Shown here piece after piece: positions 1 through 9,883 of a DNA stretch of 64,000 bases (the first letter of the stretch is position 1; every line of letters begins with the position of its first letter). Position numbers and translations under genes: made by a program. The stretch is from an uncultured Bacteroidales bacterium (GTDB taxonomy: Bacteria; Bacteroidota; Bacteroidia; Bacteroidales; FEN-979), in NCBI GenBank assembly GCA_903913885.1, contig CAIWMX010000009.1, forward strand, positions 1,176-65,175. The letters run 5' to 3'. A model generated the notes under the pieces. It was given only the letters and a program-made list of their open reading frames with translations, did not search any database and had not been told where the DNA came from.

Positions 1-1
1 G

Positions 2-406
2 GTCACCAACACACACAAGCAATTTGAGCAGGATATCCTCGACCAGATCAAACCGTTCACGGATGTTCCCATCATTTTCACGTCAGTAGTGACTAAACAG
101 CGGATTTTCAAAGCTGTAGAGACGGCCATCCAGGTGTATAAAAACAAGTCAAAGAAGATCAGCACCTCGGCCCTCAACGAATTTATCCTGCCCATCATCG
201 AAGCGATGCCGCCCCCGGTGGTTAAAGGAAAATATGTCCGGATCAAATTCGCGATGCAGCTTCCCACAGCATTTCCGTCATTTGCGTTTTTTTGCAACCA
301 TCCTCAATACTTAAACGAGTCGTACAAGCGTTTTATTGAAAATAAGCTTCGCGAGAAGTTTGATTTCAACGGGGTTCCCATGGAAATTTATTTCCGGCAA
401 AAATAG
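2..406 (+). CDS. der: GTPase Der/EngA, C-terminal fragment (5' end outside the window)
   Basis: The frame is open from the window edge to TAG at 404-406. ...PIIFTSVVTKQRIFKAVE...KGKYVRIKFAMQL..FFCNHPQYLNESYKRFIENKLREKFDFNGVPMEIYFRQK matches the KH-like C-terminal domain of EngA/Der. Confidence 0.8.
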   Translation, partial: VTNTHKQFEQDILDQIKPFTDVPIIFTSVVTKQRIFKAVETAIQVYKNKSKKISTSALNEFILPIIEAMPPPVVKGKYVRIKFAMQLPTAFPSFAFFCNHPQYLNESYKRFIENKLREKFDFNGVPMEIYFRQK

Positions 407-410
407 GTTG

Positions 411-797
411 ATGGATCAGGGCATACGAATCGATAAATGGTTATGGGCGGTGAGGGTGTTCAAAACGCGCAGTCTTGCCTCCGATGCCTGCAGGTCGGGC
501 AAGGTCAGGATCCTCGACCAGGTTGTAAAGCCCTCGCGCGAGGTAAAAGCCGGGGAGGTGGTCACCATATCGTTGCCTCCGATAACCAAAACCGTGAAAG
601 TCATCGTACCTGCCGGAAGCAGGGTAGCTGCCAGGCTTGTGCCGGGATTGATGGAAGATTTAACGCCTGAATCCGAATACCTGAAGCTGAAGCGGCCCGA
701 TGAACCGGGCTTTGAGCACCGGGAGCGCGGGCTCGGGCGCCCCACCAAGCGTGAGCGGCGGGAAATTGAATTTCTCAAGTTATATCTTGACGAATGA
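411..797 (+). CDS. S4-domain RNA-binding protein (Hsp15/HslR-like)
   Basis: Start taken at ATG 411, because the ORF-track start at 336 overlaps der. MDQGIRIDKWLWAVRVFKTRSLASDACRSGKVRI is the S4 alpha-L motif. The C-terminal tail is basic. Confidence 0.8.
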   Translation: MDQGIRIDKWLWAVRVFKTRSLASDACRSGKVRILDQVVKPSREVKAGEVVTISLPPITKTVKVIVPAGSRVAARLVPGLMEDLTPESEYLKLKRPDEPGFEHRERGLGRPTKRERREIEFLKLYLDE

Positions 798-1576
798 CAG
801 GTACGCGCATCCCGAATCTCGACGAGCTGGCTTTCGAAGGCAGGAACAAGGATTATGGCGCCTTTGAACTGCGCAGGAAGTATTACCGGTACCTGCTGGT
901 CGCCGCGATCGTGGGGAGCAGCATTGTTTCTCTCCTCGTTCTCATACCCTGCCTTTACTTTTATTTTGAACCGGTTCCCCTCATTGAAGGGGATATGATG
1001 TACCAGGTTGAATATTACGACATGAGCGCCCCTCCCGATGCGGATCCGAAACTTGCCCAGGCCCTTTCCAGGCCTTTGCCTGAAGAACCCCAGGTGCCCG
1101 TGGTTACTGATTCAGTTAAACCAAAGGAGGAAAAGCCGGTAGAGGACCCCCCGGAACAGAAAAAGGAGGTTGAAAACGCGAAAGTTGATTCTGCGGCACA
1201 ACCCGGCGGCTCTGGATTGGGAAAGGGAACGGGCGATGACTCAGGGCTGACTTCGGCCATTGATGTTTACCCGCGTTTCCCGGGCGGGGATGAAGCACGG
1301 CTCTATTTTTTAAGGAAGAACACCCATTATCCTGAAACAGCCATTAAAACCCTGGTACAGGGGGTGGTGATGGTCGTGTTTATCGTGGAGGTGGATGGGA
1401 CCCTGTCCAATGTAAAAGTACTGCAGAAAATCGGGGGAGGATGTGATGAAGAGGCTGTGAGGGTAACCAGGGAAATGCCACGCTGGGACCCGGGCAAACG
1501 CAACGGGCGCGCCGTGCGCGTGCTGGTGAGAATGCCCATCGTATTCAGGCTGCCCGGACACGGGACAACCAAATAA
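794..1576 (+). CDS. TonB-family energy transducer
   Basis: It has an N-terminal TM helix, a Pro/Glu/Lys-rich linker (PEEPQVPVV..KPKEEKPVEDPPEQKKE) and a C-terminal TonB_C fold (YPRFPGGDEA...GVVMVVFIVEVDGTLSNVKV...VRMPIVFRL). An ATGA overlap with the upstream gene suggests translational coupling. Confidence 0.8.
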   Translation: MTGTRIPNLDELAFEGRNKDYGAFELRRKYYRYLLVAAIVGSSIVSLLVLIPCLYFYFEPVPLIEGDMMYQVEYYDMSAPPDADPKLAQALSRPLPEEPQVPVVTDSVKPKEEKPVEDPPEQKKEVENAKVDSAAQPGGSGLGKGTGDDSGLTSAIDVYPRFPGGDEARLYFLRKNTHYPETAIKTLVQGVVMVVFIVEVDGTLSNVKVLQKIGGGCDEEAVRVTREMPRWDPGKRNGRAVRVLVRMPIVFRLPGHGTTK

Positions 1577-1581
1577 AAAAA

Positions 1582-1597
1582 GGGGCATTTAAGCCCC
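1582..1597. terminator. Short bidirectional hairpin between convergent genes
   Basis: aaaaaa-GGGGC-atttaa-GCCCC-tttt lies between the stops at 1576 (+) and 1627 (-). The stem is only 5 bp. Confidence 0.45.
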
Positions 1598-1626
1598 TTT
1601 TATATACAGGATATCCTGCGGTTTGA

Positions 1627-1860
1627 TTACTTCTTTTCAGGAGTTGTTGCAGCGGGTTTTTTTCCTTCTTTTGAGCAGCAACCTTTACCTTCTTTAGAAT
1701 GAGTGCAGGCAGCTTTGCTTTTCATATCACAACCAGCTTTTGAATCCTTACCGGCGGCTTCGGTTTTTGCAGCAGGTTTTTCAGCTTTCTGAGGAGCCTG
1801 GGCAAAGGTTAAACCTGCCATGAGAACTACGGCCGAAAATAACAAAACAACTTTTTTCAT
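1627..1860 (-). CDS. Small secreted Lys/Cys-rich protein, function unknown
   Basis: 77 aa. Signal peptide MKKVVLLFSAVVLMAGLTFAQA, then a low-complexity K/A/E-rich region with 5 Cys (GCDMKSKAACTHSKEGKGCCSKEGKK). Confidence 0.6.
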   Translation of the reverse strand: MKKVVLLFSAVVLMAGLTFAQAPQKAEKPAAKTEAAGKDSKAGCDMKSKAACTHSKEGKGCCSKEGKKPAATTPEKK

Positions 1861-1959
1861 GGAATTTTAGTTTTAAGTTAATTAACTTATTTAGAATTTG
1901 ACAAAATTACATCAACTTTTTCAGATTACCAACAGCAACCTGTTAATTTTTTGTTAAGG

Positions 1960-4323
1960 TTAAGAAGTTGTCCCTTTTCCGTGCAGTACTTCCTGGACCA
2001 TGGTGAGCAGCGCTTTTTTATCAAATGGTTTTGCCAGGTGTCTGTTGCAGCCTACTGCATAAAGCTGTTCCTTGTCCTCATCCATGGTGTATCCTGTAAC
2101 GGCGATGACAGGCGTTTTCAGATGCCGGGGAATCTGACGAATCTCACGGATGGCTTCAATGCCGTTCATTCCATAACCCAGGTGGATATCCATCAGAATG
2201 ACATTGTAATCATTGTCTCTTGCCATTTCCAACGCAGTTGCCGCATCAGGGGCGTACTCCATCTGGCATGTATTTCTTAGGAAAAAGTAAATAAGTTCCT
2301 TGTTTACCTTGTTGTCCTCAACGAGTAAAACAACCGGCAGCGGTTTCATTAAAAAGTGATCCTGGTCAACCAGGCCGGGTTCACCTGTGTCTGTAATGGA
2401 GTCATTATATCCCGGGATATCGGGGTCACAAGGCATCCATATTGAAAAACAGGATCCTTTGTCGGGTTCGCTTTCAATCATGATGATACCGCCAAGCAGA
2501 TCAATGATCTTCTTGCTGATGGTGAGCCCGATGCCGCTTCCCTGGTATTTTCGTCCAAAGCCTTCGCTTACCTGCCTGAATTCCTGGAATATCAGGGTAT
2601 AGTAAGCTTTGTCGATCCCGATCCCTGTATCTGCAATCCTGACAACTACATACTCCCTGCCTGAATGAGTTCTCTTCAGGGTCTCGATCGATACCCCGCC
2701 CTTCTCGGTAAATTTGACGGCATTGTCGACGATCTGAAGCAAAAGCTGCTTAAACAGCTGGGCGTCGGTATTGATCGAAAATGGTCGGATCCCCGTGCAA
2801 TCCAGGTAAATATTCTTCTCCGAACAGAGCGACTCCATCGATTTTACAACCGAGTGGATGCTCTGTTCAACCATGACCTTCTTCAGCGTAAGGTTAATGT
2901 TCCCGGCTTCGAGTTGCGAAAGGGTGATAATTGAATTAAGGGTCGACATCAGCCGCTTGCCGGAGTCTGCAATATTGTCGACCATGCTCTCATATTCGGT
3001 CTGGCTAAGTTCCTCCTTCAGGATTTCGGCAAACCCGAGTATTCCTGTTAAAGGCGTGCGGAGTTCATGGCTCATGTTCGAAAGGATGGAGGTTTTCAGC
3101 CGGTCTGATTCTTCCGCTTTCTCCTTAGCCCCGATCAATTCACGTTCGTTGATCTTCCGCAGGGTGATATCGCGGTCGGCTCCCCGGTATCCCTGGTAAA
3201 GGCCCTGCTCATTGAATACGGCAATGCCGGAGGTTTCAAGGTACACGATCTGTCCGTTCTTATGTTTTGCCCGGTTCACAATGGCGTTGAGGGGTTTGAA
3301 CTGGTGGACCATGCCACGCACACCCTCTTTTACCTTCTCAGCATCTTCAGGGAGGATAAAATCAAAAGGGGACTTGCCGATCATCTCTTCCGGCTGGTAA
3401 CCAAGTATGCTGAACACTTTAGGCGAAACAAACGAGTACTTCCAGGCGGGGTTGATCTCCCAGATCCAGTCATTGGTGATGTCTACAATTTCATGGAGGC
3501 GTTGTTCGCTTTCACGCAGCCTGGTTTCGGCGAGTTTACGCTCGGTTATGTCCCGGAAGATCCCCAATGTGCCTGTGAAGCGTTGTTCCGCGTCAAACTG
3601 AGGTGTTGCTGTCACAATAATCCAGCGGCGCACGTCGTCAAGCCGGTGGATCTCAATCTCGTAGATGCTTTTCTCGCCCTGCTGGCGCAAAGCTGTCTGA
3701 CGCTTGATCTCTTCGATGGTGGAATCATCCAGGAATTCAAGAAGACTCTTGCCGAGCAACTCCTTTTGCTGCAACCCGAAGATTTCGCATGCAGCCGGAT
3801 TTACAAAAGAAAACCGTTCGTCGGGATCAACCATGCCCAAACCTTCGCCACTGGTTTCAACAAGATCGTGATATCGTGCATTGCTTGATCTGAGTGCATT
3901 TTCCTTCTCCTGCAATTCGCGGAGGTCGCGGGCGATGATAATGAAAACTGCTTCACCAGGCGCATCAATTTTCTTCATGCTTACTTTTACAGGAATCATG
4001 GCGCCATCGCTGTTTTTCCATTTTGTCTCCTGCATGAACAGCATCATTTCATCATGTCCGGCATTCACGGCGTGCATGGCCGTGATGTCAGGAAAATCAA
4101 TCATAATATCTGAAAGACACCGTTGAATGATCTCATCTTTGGTATAACCCAGCATCCCAAGGCACTCCCTGTTGGCCTCCAAAACAATCCCCGCGACGGA
4201 TCTGACAATGAGGATCGCATCACTGTCGAGATCCATCAAGGTTTTGCACACCGCCGCCAAACGCTGGAATGAACCTTCCGGGTCCTGCTCCTTGTCAATC
4301 CCGATTGTCAGGTTGTTATTCAT
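1960..4323 (-). CDS. Hybrid sensor histidine kinase with multiple PAS domains, HisKA, HATPase and a C-terminal receiver
   Basis: 787 aa. Repeated PAS-like blocks, H-box MSHELRTPLTGI, G-boxes (DTGIGI, GSGIGL) and a C-terminal REC domain (LLVEDNKVNKEL...DIHLGYGMNG...VTGY...KPF). Confidence 0.9.
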   Translation of the reverse strand: MNNNLTIGIDKEQDPEGSFQRLAAVCKTLMDLDSDAILIVRSVAGIVLEANRECLGMLGYTKDEIIQRCLSDIMIDFPDITAMHAVNAGHDEMMLFMQETKWKNSDGAMIPVKVSMKKIDAPGEAVFIIIARDLRELQEKENALRSSNARYHDLVETSGEGLGMVDPDERFSFVNPAACEIFGLQQKELLGKSLLEFLDDSTIEEIKRQTALRQQGEKSIYEIEIHRLDDVRRWIIVTATPQFDAEQRFTGTLGIFRDITERKLAETRLRESEQRLHEIVDITNDWIWEINPAWKYSFVSPKVFSILGYQPEEMIGKSPFDFILPEDAEKVKEGVRGMVHQFKPLNAIVNRAKHKNGQIVYLETSGIAVFNEQGLYQGYRGADRDITLRKINERELIGAKEKAEESDRLKTSILSNMSHELRTPLTGILGFAEILKEELSQTEYESMVDNIADSGKRLMSTLNSIITLSQLEAGNINLTLKKVMVEQSIHSVVKSMESLCSEKNIYLDCTGIRPFSINTDAQLFKQLLLQIVDNAVKFTEKGGVSIETLKRTHSGREYVVVRIADTGIGIDKAYYTLIFQEFRQVSEGFGRKYQGSGIGLTISKKIIDLLGGIIMIESEPDKGSCFSIWMPCDPDIPGYNDSITDTGEPGLVDQDHFLMKPLPVVLLVEDNKVNKELIYFFLRNTCQMEYAPDAATALEMARDNDYNVILMDIHLGYGMNGIEAIREIRQIPRHLKTPVIAVTGYTMDEDKEQLYAVGCNRHLAKPFDKKALLTMVQEVLHGKGTTS

Positions 4324-4546
4324 GGTTTATTTACTGTGTGTCTGGTTTCTGATTAAACCTCGTTTCCCGTTTTTCAGTATTGCAGGAATATCAACGCCAA
4401 AAATCAACATATTGTTTGTAAAGTGCTATACATCTTCAGGGGAAATGCTATGCCAAATTTACGCTTTTTCTTTTGTGTCAGGAAATCAAAATTATTATTT
4501 TTATGGTTTGGTTTTACAAATAATTTAAACATGACATGAATAAAAA

Positions 4547-4999
4547 CTACTCTTTGTTCCAGGTGTCGATGAGGATGGTTACCGGCCCGTCATTGACCAG
4601 GTTCACTGCCATCATAGCCCCAAATACGCCGGTTTCGATTTTCCTGCCAAGCAATTCCCCCAATCTGGCAATAAAGAGGTTGTAAAGGGGGATGGCCGAT
4701 TCGGGCCTGGCAGCCCTGATGTACGACGGCCGGTTCCCTTTCCGGGTGCTCGCATGCAGGGTGAACTGACTTACAACAAGGATGTTGCCTCCGATCTCGG
4801 CGACCGAACAGTTCATCACGCCATGCACATCATTAAAAATCCGCAAATTAACCAGTTTTAATGCCAGCCATTCAACATCCGGCAATCCGTCACGTTCTTC
4901 AATGCCTGTCAGGACAAGCAAGCCTTGTCTTATTTTTCCCACCACTTCGCCTTCAATGGCAACAGAAGCGGACGCTACCCGCTGGATGACTGCTCTCAT
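4547..4999 (-). CDS. dtd: D-aminoacyl-tRNA deacylase
   Basis: MRAVIQRVASASVAIEGEVVGKIRQGLLVLTGI...ILVVSQFTL...GNRPSY...MAVNLVNDGPVTILIDT is the Dtd signature. Start taken at ATG 4997-4999; the 53-aa upstream extension in the ORF track has no homology. Confidence 0.9.
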   Translation of the reverse strand: MRAVIQRVASASVAIEGEVVGKIRQGLLVLTGIEERDGLPDVEWLALKLVNLRIFNDVHGVMNCSVAEIGGNILVVSQFTLHASTRKGNRPSYIRAARPESAIPLYNLFIARLGELLGRKIETGVFGAMMAVNLVNDGPVTILIDTWNKE

Positions 5000-5169
5000 A
5001 CGCTGCTTCTTCTTATAAGTTTTACCATTGACAAATGCGTTGATCGTATCGGTCCATGACGATAAAGTTAACAATAAGTTGTAAATGTACTGAAATTGTG
5101 TTTTCAGGATGCCGGACGGTCGTGGTTCACACCCCTTTTTATCGTAGATTTGCATCAAACAAGCCGGAA

Positions 5170-5886
5170 ATGACCAGATTAAGCGTGAATATCAATAAAA
5201 TTGCGACTTTGAGGAATGCACGCGGAGGCGACCTTCCCAACGTTGTAAAAGCAGCCCTCGATTGCGAACGATTTGGCGCCGAAGGGATAACAGTACATCC
5301 CCGTCCCGACGAACGGCACATCCGGTATAAGGATGTCTTTGACCTGAAACCATTGCTGGCAGGTGAGTTTAACATTGAGGGGTATCCTTCGCGCGGATTT
5401 ATTGACATGGTTTGTTCTGTCAAACCAACCCAGGTTACTCTCGTGCCTGATCCGCCGGATGTGTTAACGTCCAATGCCGGCTGGGATACTTTCCTGCATG
5501 AGTCTTTTTTAACAGAAGTCATTGCTGAATTCAGGAAAAACGGGATCCGGACCTCCGTATTTATAGATCCGGACCCCGGGTTAATCCGCCAGGCCGTGAA
5601 AACCGGTACCGACCGCATCGAACTGTACACTGAATCCTATGCCAGGAATTTCCATGCCGACCGGGGTGAAGCCATCAGGACATACCGTGAAGCGGCAGTT
5701 GCAGCCTGTAATGCCGGGCTTGGAATCAATGCCGGCCATGACCTGAACCTGGAAAACCTGAAATATTTTGCACAGAATATCCCGGGGTTGCTCGAAGTTT
5801 CGATCGGGCATGCCCTGATCTGCGATGCGCTTTACCTTGGGCTGGAGAACTCGGTTCAGCTTTACCTGAGGCAGCTCATGGTATAG
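5170..5886 (+). CDS. pdxJ: Pyridoxine 5'-phosphate synthase
   Basis: [21 protein letters not shown]....[21 protein letters not shown]...NIEG is typical of PdxJ. Start trimmed to ATG 5170. Confidence 0.9.
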   Translation: MTRLSVNINKIATLRNARGGDLPNVVKAALDCERFGAEGITVHPRPDERHIRYKDVFDLKPLLAGEFNIEGYPSRGFIDMVCSVKPTQVTLVPDPPDVLTSNAGWDTFLHESFLTEVIAEFRKNGIRTSVFIDPDPGLIRQAVKTGTDRIELYTESYARNFHADRGEAIRTYREAAVAACNAGLGINAGHDLNLENLKYFAQNIPGLLEVSIGHALICDALYLGLENSVQLYLRQLMV

Positions 5887-5929
5887 ATCTGCGAATATCG
5901 AATATTGATTAACGAATTTAGGAGTTAGA

Positions 5930-7174
5930 ATGGAAAAGATAGTTGGAGTTGTTTTGGTGCTTTTAGGCGGGTATTTCTGCGGATTTTCAGGCAACAAGCC
6001 CGGGGAGTTGGAAAAGAAGGCGGCGGCTATTCACAAGGCGGTGATCACCATCGATTCCCATACAGATACGCCAATGCAGATGATGCAAAAGGGATTTGAC
6101 ATGTCGGTGCGCCATGATGCGCGCAAGGAGTATTCAAAAATTGATTTTCCGCGCATGAAGGAGGGTGGGCTTAATGGCGTGTTTTTTGCGGTGTTTATAT
6201 CCCAGGGACCGAGAACCGCGGAAGCGAATGAAAAGGTCAGACAAAAAGCAATCACACTTTTTGACAGCATTCACGCCGTCGTTACCCGCAATCATGCGCT
6301 TGCTGAACTGGCGGTTTCACCCGCCGACCTTGTCAGGTTAACTAAAGAGGGTAAACGTGCGGCCTTTATCGGCATTGAAAACGGGTATGCGATCGGAAGG
6401 GATATTTCGCTGATCAGCACGTACTATTTGCGCGGCGCCCGCTACATCACCCTGTGCCACACCAAAAATAACGATATCTGCGACTCCTCGACCGATACAA
6501 CCGAACATCACGGTCTCAGCACTTTTGGCTATGAGGTGGTTCAGGAAATGAACCATGTAGGCATGATGGTGGACGTGTCGCATATTTCGGATAAGGCGGT
6601 AAAGGATGTGCTTGCATTTACCAAAGCACCTGTCATTGCTTCCCATTCCTGCGCAAAATCCATATGCAACAATCCCCGCAACCTGTCGGATGAATTGCTG
6701 AGGGCGATAGCAAAAAACGGTGGTGTGGTCCAGATGTGCATCCTGAGCGATTATGTAAAAACACCGGCGCCGGACCCTGCCCGCGACTCGGCCCGTGCAG
6801 CGCTCCGTAAAAAGTATCATGACTTTGACGGTTTGACCGACGACGAAATGAAAACAGCACACACAGATTGGAATTCGATGAATGACAGGTTTCCGCAGAA
6901 ACTTGCCAACGTGAGTGATGTGGCCGATCATATCGATCACCTTGTTAAAACAGCCGGGATCAATCATGTGGGTATTGGTACCGATTTTGATGGTGGCGGC
7001 GGGGTTGAAGGGTGTTTCGATGTAAGTGAAATGGGGAACATTACCCTGGAGCTGGTGAGAAGGGGATATTCCGAAAGCGAGCTCCGGAAAATTTGGGGAG
7101 GCAACCTCATGCGGGTCATGAAAAAAACCGCAAAAATTGCACAGGAATACCAGCTCCATTGCAGGTGCGACTGA
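5930..7174 (+). CDS. Membrane dipeptidase (peptidase M19 family), probable lipoprotein
   Basis: 414 aa. Signal/lipobox-like N-terminus, with HTD and DVSH metal-binding motifs (ITIDSHTDTP, MMVDVSHISDK, IGTDFDGGGG) as in renal-dipeptidase-type enzymes. Confidence 0.85.
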   Translation: MEKIVGVVLVLLGGYFCGFSGNKPGELEKKAAAIHKAVITIDSHTDTPMQMMQKGFDMSVRHDARKEYSKIDFPRMKEGGLNGVFFAVFISQGPRTAEANEKVRQKAITLFDSIHAVVTRNHALAELAVSPADLVRLTKEGKRAAFIGIENGYAIGRDISLISTYYLRGARYITLCHTKNNDICDSSTDTTEHHGLSTFGYEVVQEMNHVGMMVDVSHISDKAVKDVLAFTKAPVIASHSCAKSICNNPRNLSDELLRAIAKNGGVVQMCILSDYVKTPAPDPARDSARAALRKKYHDFDGLTDDEMKTAHTDWNSMNDRFPQKLANVSDVADHIDHLVKTAGINHVGIGTDFDGGGGVEGCFDVSEMGNITLELVRRGYSESELRKIWGGNLMRVMKKTAKIAQEYQLHCRCD

Positions 7175-7223
7175 TGACTTTTTTTCATTAACATTGCAGC
7201 ACAGCATCCAATAGTAAACTTTT

Positions 7224-7790
7224 ATGGAAGGACATGCCAAACATCCGGAAAATTATGAAGTTAAGGTGGTTCGCAGTATCTGGTCAAGGACGTGGGTGAG
7301 ATTATGCATGGTTTTTCTTGCCGGCCTGATTTCAGGGTTTGTTATTTTCAGTTTTTCTTCAGGAATCAGTAAGACAAAGAACCTTCCCGCGGCAAACCAG
7401 CAGGCAGCTCCTGCCTCACTGCAGGCGATCGACAGCCTTCAGCCACCTGAGGTGCTGCATTACGACACTCCGCTTACAAAAACAGTCTGTAAAGTCCGCT
7501 ATTCTGCCCGGTTTGTCGAGGTCAGGATTGATTTGTCTTCCCTGTATCCGCTGAAGTCATTGATTGAATTTGATGTCAATAACCTGTCGATTATAAACAT
7601 ACAGCATGTCAGCGTAAATGACCAGTCAACCAGCATGGCAGCTGCCAGTTTTGTGCAAATCAACAGTACGGGCGACAACAAATACATCGTTTTGTTAGCG
7701 AACAGGAATTCATTGCCTCACAAAATTGAATTTACCATATCGCAGAATGAATCGCAGATTTACAAAAATGCCGTGGAGATTAACAAATAG
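7224..7790 (+). CDS. Hypothetical single-pass membrane protein
   Basis: 188 aa. One TM helix (VRLCMVFLAGLISGFVIFSF) followed by a beta-rich extracytoplasmic domain. No recognised motif. Confidence 0.55.
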   Translation: MEGHAKHPENYEVKVVRSIWSRTWVRLCMVFLAGLISGFVIFSFSSGISKTKNLPAANQQAAPASLQAIDSLQPPEVLHYDTPLTKTVCKVRYSARFVEVRIDLSSLYPLKSLIEFDVNNLSIINIQHVSVNDQSTSMAAASFVQINSTGDNKYIVLLANRNSLPHKIEFTISQNESQIYKNAVEINK

Positions 7791-7823
7791 GGTGGTGGTA
7801 TCAATTCAGCAAACAAAATCCAG

Positions 7824-8756
7824 TTGACATTTCCGGAAGCACTTATATCAGGGGACCTGCGAGCCATCCGGTCATTTCCAAAAGCCGATCTGCACAACCA
7901 TTGCCTGCTTGGCGGCAGGCGATCGGTCATCGAAAAATATTACGGGAAAAAACTTGAAAAATTCAGGGCAACCGAACCCGGGATCAGGGAACTGAACCGA
8001 TGGATCGGGAAGGTTTACAGACCGTTCATTGAATTGCCCGGGGCTTTTGAAAAAGGAGTGGAGGCAGCTTTTGTGCAGGCAAAACATGACGGGGTTGCCA
8101 CACTGGAAATAAGTATTGATGCCTGTTTTGGCAGGATGTTCAATATAACGCCCGACCGGGTGGTGGCCACCCTGAAATATTATCACCAGGCGGTTGCTCC
8201 AGGTATTGATTTCAGGCCGGAACTGGGCTTTTCACGAAGCCAGCCCTTCGAAACACTTCATTCCTGTTTCGAAGACTATCTCGGTTTCCAGTATTTCAGG
8301 TCGATTGATCTTTATGATGATGAATTTGCCCAGTCCGTTGGTAATTTTAAACCAATCTACCGGCTGGCCCGCCAGTCGGGTATGAAATGCAAGGCACACG
8401 CCGGTGAGTTCGGAACCGCCGATTCAGTGATGGAAGCCATTGAGGTTCTTGAACTGGATGCCGTGCAGCATGGCATAGGGGCGGCCGGTTCCTCCATGGT
8501 TATGAAATGGCTTGCCGGCCTTCAAATTCCTTTAAACGTATGCCCGACGAGCAATATCAGGTTAAAACGGATTAGTTCCTATAAGACCCATCCTATACGC
8601 ACCCTGTTTGACCATGGCGTGAATGTGACGGTCAATACCGACGATGCGCTTGTGTTCAGGGATGGAAATTCAGAACAATACCGGAAACTTTACCGTTGCG
8701 GCTTATTCACGCCGGATGAATTGGACATGATCAGGAAAAACGGACTGGAGCAGTAA
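7824..8756 (+). CDS. Adenosine/adenine deaminase family protein
   Basis: DLHNHCLLGG near the N-terminus, HAGE and NTDD motifs (KAHAGEFG, VTVNTDDALVF) of the amidohydrolase-type deaminases. The only start that keeps the HxH motif is TTG at 7824, so the start is uncertain. Confidence 0.75.
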   Translation: MTFPEALISGDLRAIRSFPKADLHNHCLLGGRRSVIEKYYGKKLEKFRATEPGIRELNRWIGKVYRPFIELPGAFEKGVEAAFVQAKHDGVATLEISIDACFGRMFNITPDRVVATLKYYHQAVAPGIDFRPELGFSRSQPFETLHSCFEDYLGFQYFRSIDLYDDEFAQSVGNFKPIYRLARQSGMKCKAHAGEFGTADSVMEAIEVLELDAVQHGIGAAGSSMVMKWLAGLQIPLNVCPTSNIRLKRISSYKTHPIRTLFDHGVNVTVNTDDALVFRDGNSEQYRKLYRCGLFTPDELDMIRKNGLEQ

Positions 8757-8769
8757 CCTGACCTACCCG

Positions 8770-9717
8770 TCAGTGTTTTATCAATACTTTCAGGGTGTCG
8801 GGCTTTGAAGCAAATTCGAAAGCGGCCAGGATGTCGGTAAAATCAAAAGTCTTTGCAATAATGGGCGTTGGGTCAACAAGCCCCTTTATGAGCAGGTTCA
8901 ATGCAGGCGTAAAGGGGCCGCACCGCGAGCCGATAATCTCAAATTCATTGATCACGATCTGGTTCAGGTCAATTTTTGAGGAATTCGCCACGGTGGTTTT
9001 TAATACAAGTTTCCCCCCGGGATAGAGGTGTGTCATCGCCTGGCTTATCCCGCCGGCACTTCCCGTGCAGTCGACACAAACCTCTGCTTTGTCCTGGTCA
9101 TTCAGTGTGGAGAGCAATCCTGCACAAATCCCCATCGACCGGGCTTTATTTACTTTTGTTTCATTTGTGTCATACGTCGTTGCATCGCATCCGTTCATCT
9201 TGAAAACCAGTGAAATCAGCAATCCCAGCTTCCCTGCGCCAAAAATATATACCTTCTGCGACGGACTGATGTGCACCTGTTCGAATATTTCAACAGCAGC
9301 TGCCAGGGGTTCTGTAAAAACTGCCAGTTGGGCCGGGAAGTCTTGTGGAATAAGGTGCAGGTTTCTTTCGGGGAGTACCACGTAATCAGCAAAAACGCCA
9401 TCGTGCGCATAAATGCCCAGAACGGTGCGGCTGGTGCAGTGTCTCATACGGGCGTTGCGGCAGAGATAACATTCCCCGCAGTAACAATTGATCTCACCCA
9501 CTACTTTTTTGCCATAAAACTTCCCCGATCCGGACACAACCTCGCCCATAAATTCATGTCCCGGAATCCCCTTAAACGCCATATATCCCCGGGTAATTTC
9601 AAGATCGGTATTGCAGATGGCCGAATACAATACCCTGATCAGCACTTCATCCTTACCAGGTTCTGGTACCGGCAGTTCCGTCAATTTTAACGAGCCGTCA
9701 AAAAACAGGGCTTTCAT
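8770..9717 (-). CDS. Zn-dependent alcohol dehydrogenase (MDR superfamily)
   Basis: CNTDLEI...GHEFMGEV catalytic zinc motif, a structural-Zn Cys cluster (CYCGECYLCRNARMRHC) and a Rossmann GAGKLG. Confidence 0.85.
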   Translation of the reverse strand: MKALFFDGSLKLTELPVPEPGKDEVLIRVLYSAICNTDLEITRGYMAFKGIPGHEFMGEVVSGSGKFYGKKVVGEINCYCGECYLCRNARMRHCTSRTVLGIYAHDGVFADYVVLPERNLHLIPQDFPAQLAVFTEPLAAAVEIFEQVHISPSQKVYIFGAGKLGLLISLVFKMNGCDATTYDTNETKVNKARSMGICAGLLSTLNDQDKAEVCVDCTGSAGGISQAMTHLYPGGKLVLKTTVANSSKIDLNQIVINEFEIIGSRCGPFTPALNLLIKGLVDPTPIIAKTFDFTDILAAFEFASKPDTLKVLIKH

Positions 9718-9883
9718 GCAAATTCTTTTAATAAATACTGGTTTTTTATTTTTTATTGCGTAACTTTATTGACTGGGAAAAATACCGGTTATCCGTAATT
9801 CCGGTGAATTTTTCCTTCGTCAAATTGGCTGCTGTATAATAAAGTTTAAAGATAACAGTTGTTGATTAAAGCGCAATTTTTGT

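Noticed and set aside
4547-5158. N-terminal extensions suggested by the ORF track for dtd (to 5158), pdxJ (from 5056), ATP-grasp 2 (to 12827), the SQR-like gene (to 32897), PspC (to 17403), the lipoprotein (to 45298), the SPT-like gene (from 50749), queA (34611), kpsF (41360) and the DUF5686 gene (40231).
   Set aside because: The extensions overlap neighbouring genes or add non-homologous residues before canonical N-termini or signal peptides. Several use TTG where an in-frame ATG gives the expected N-terminus, so those starts were trimmed.
6338-7240. 300-aa minus-strand ORF fully overlapping the M19 dipeptidase gene.
   Set aside because: It is an antisense shadow ORF with Cys/His/Phe-rich low-information sequence and no motif. 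The plus-strand gene has clear family signatures.
7824-8756. Adenosine-deaminase-family gene as part of a RADAR-like anti-phage system.
   Set aside because: The protein is a small (310 aa) metabolic-type deaminase. No large ATPase partner is present, and the neighbours are a dipeptidase and an alcohol dehydrogenase.
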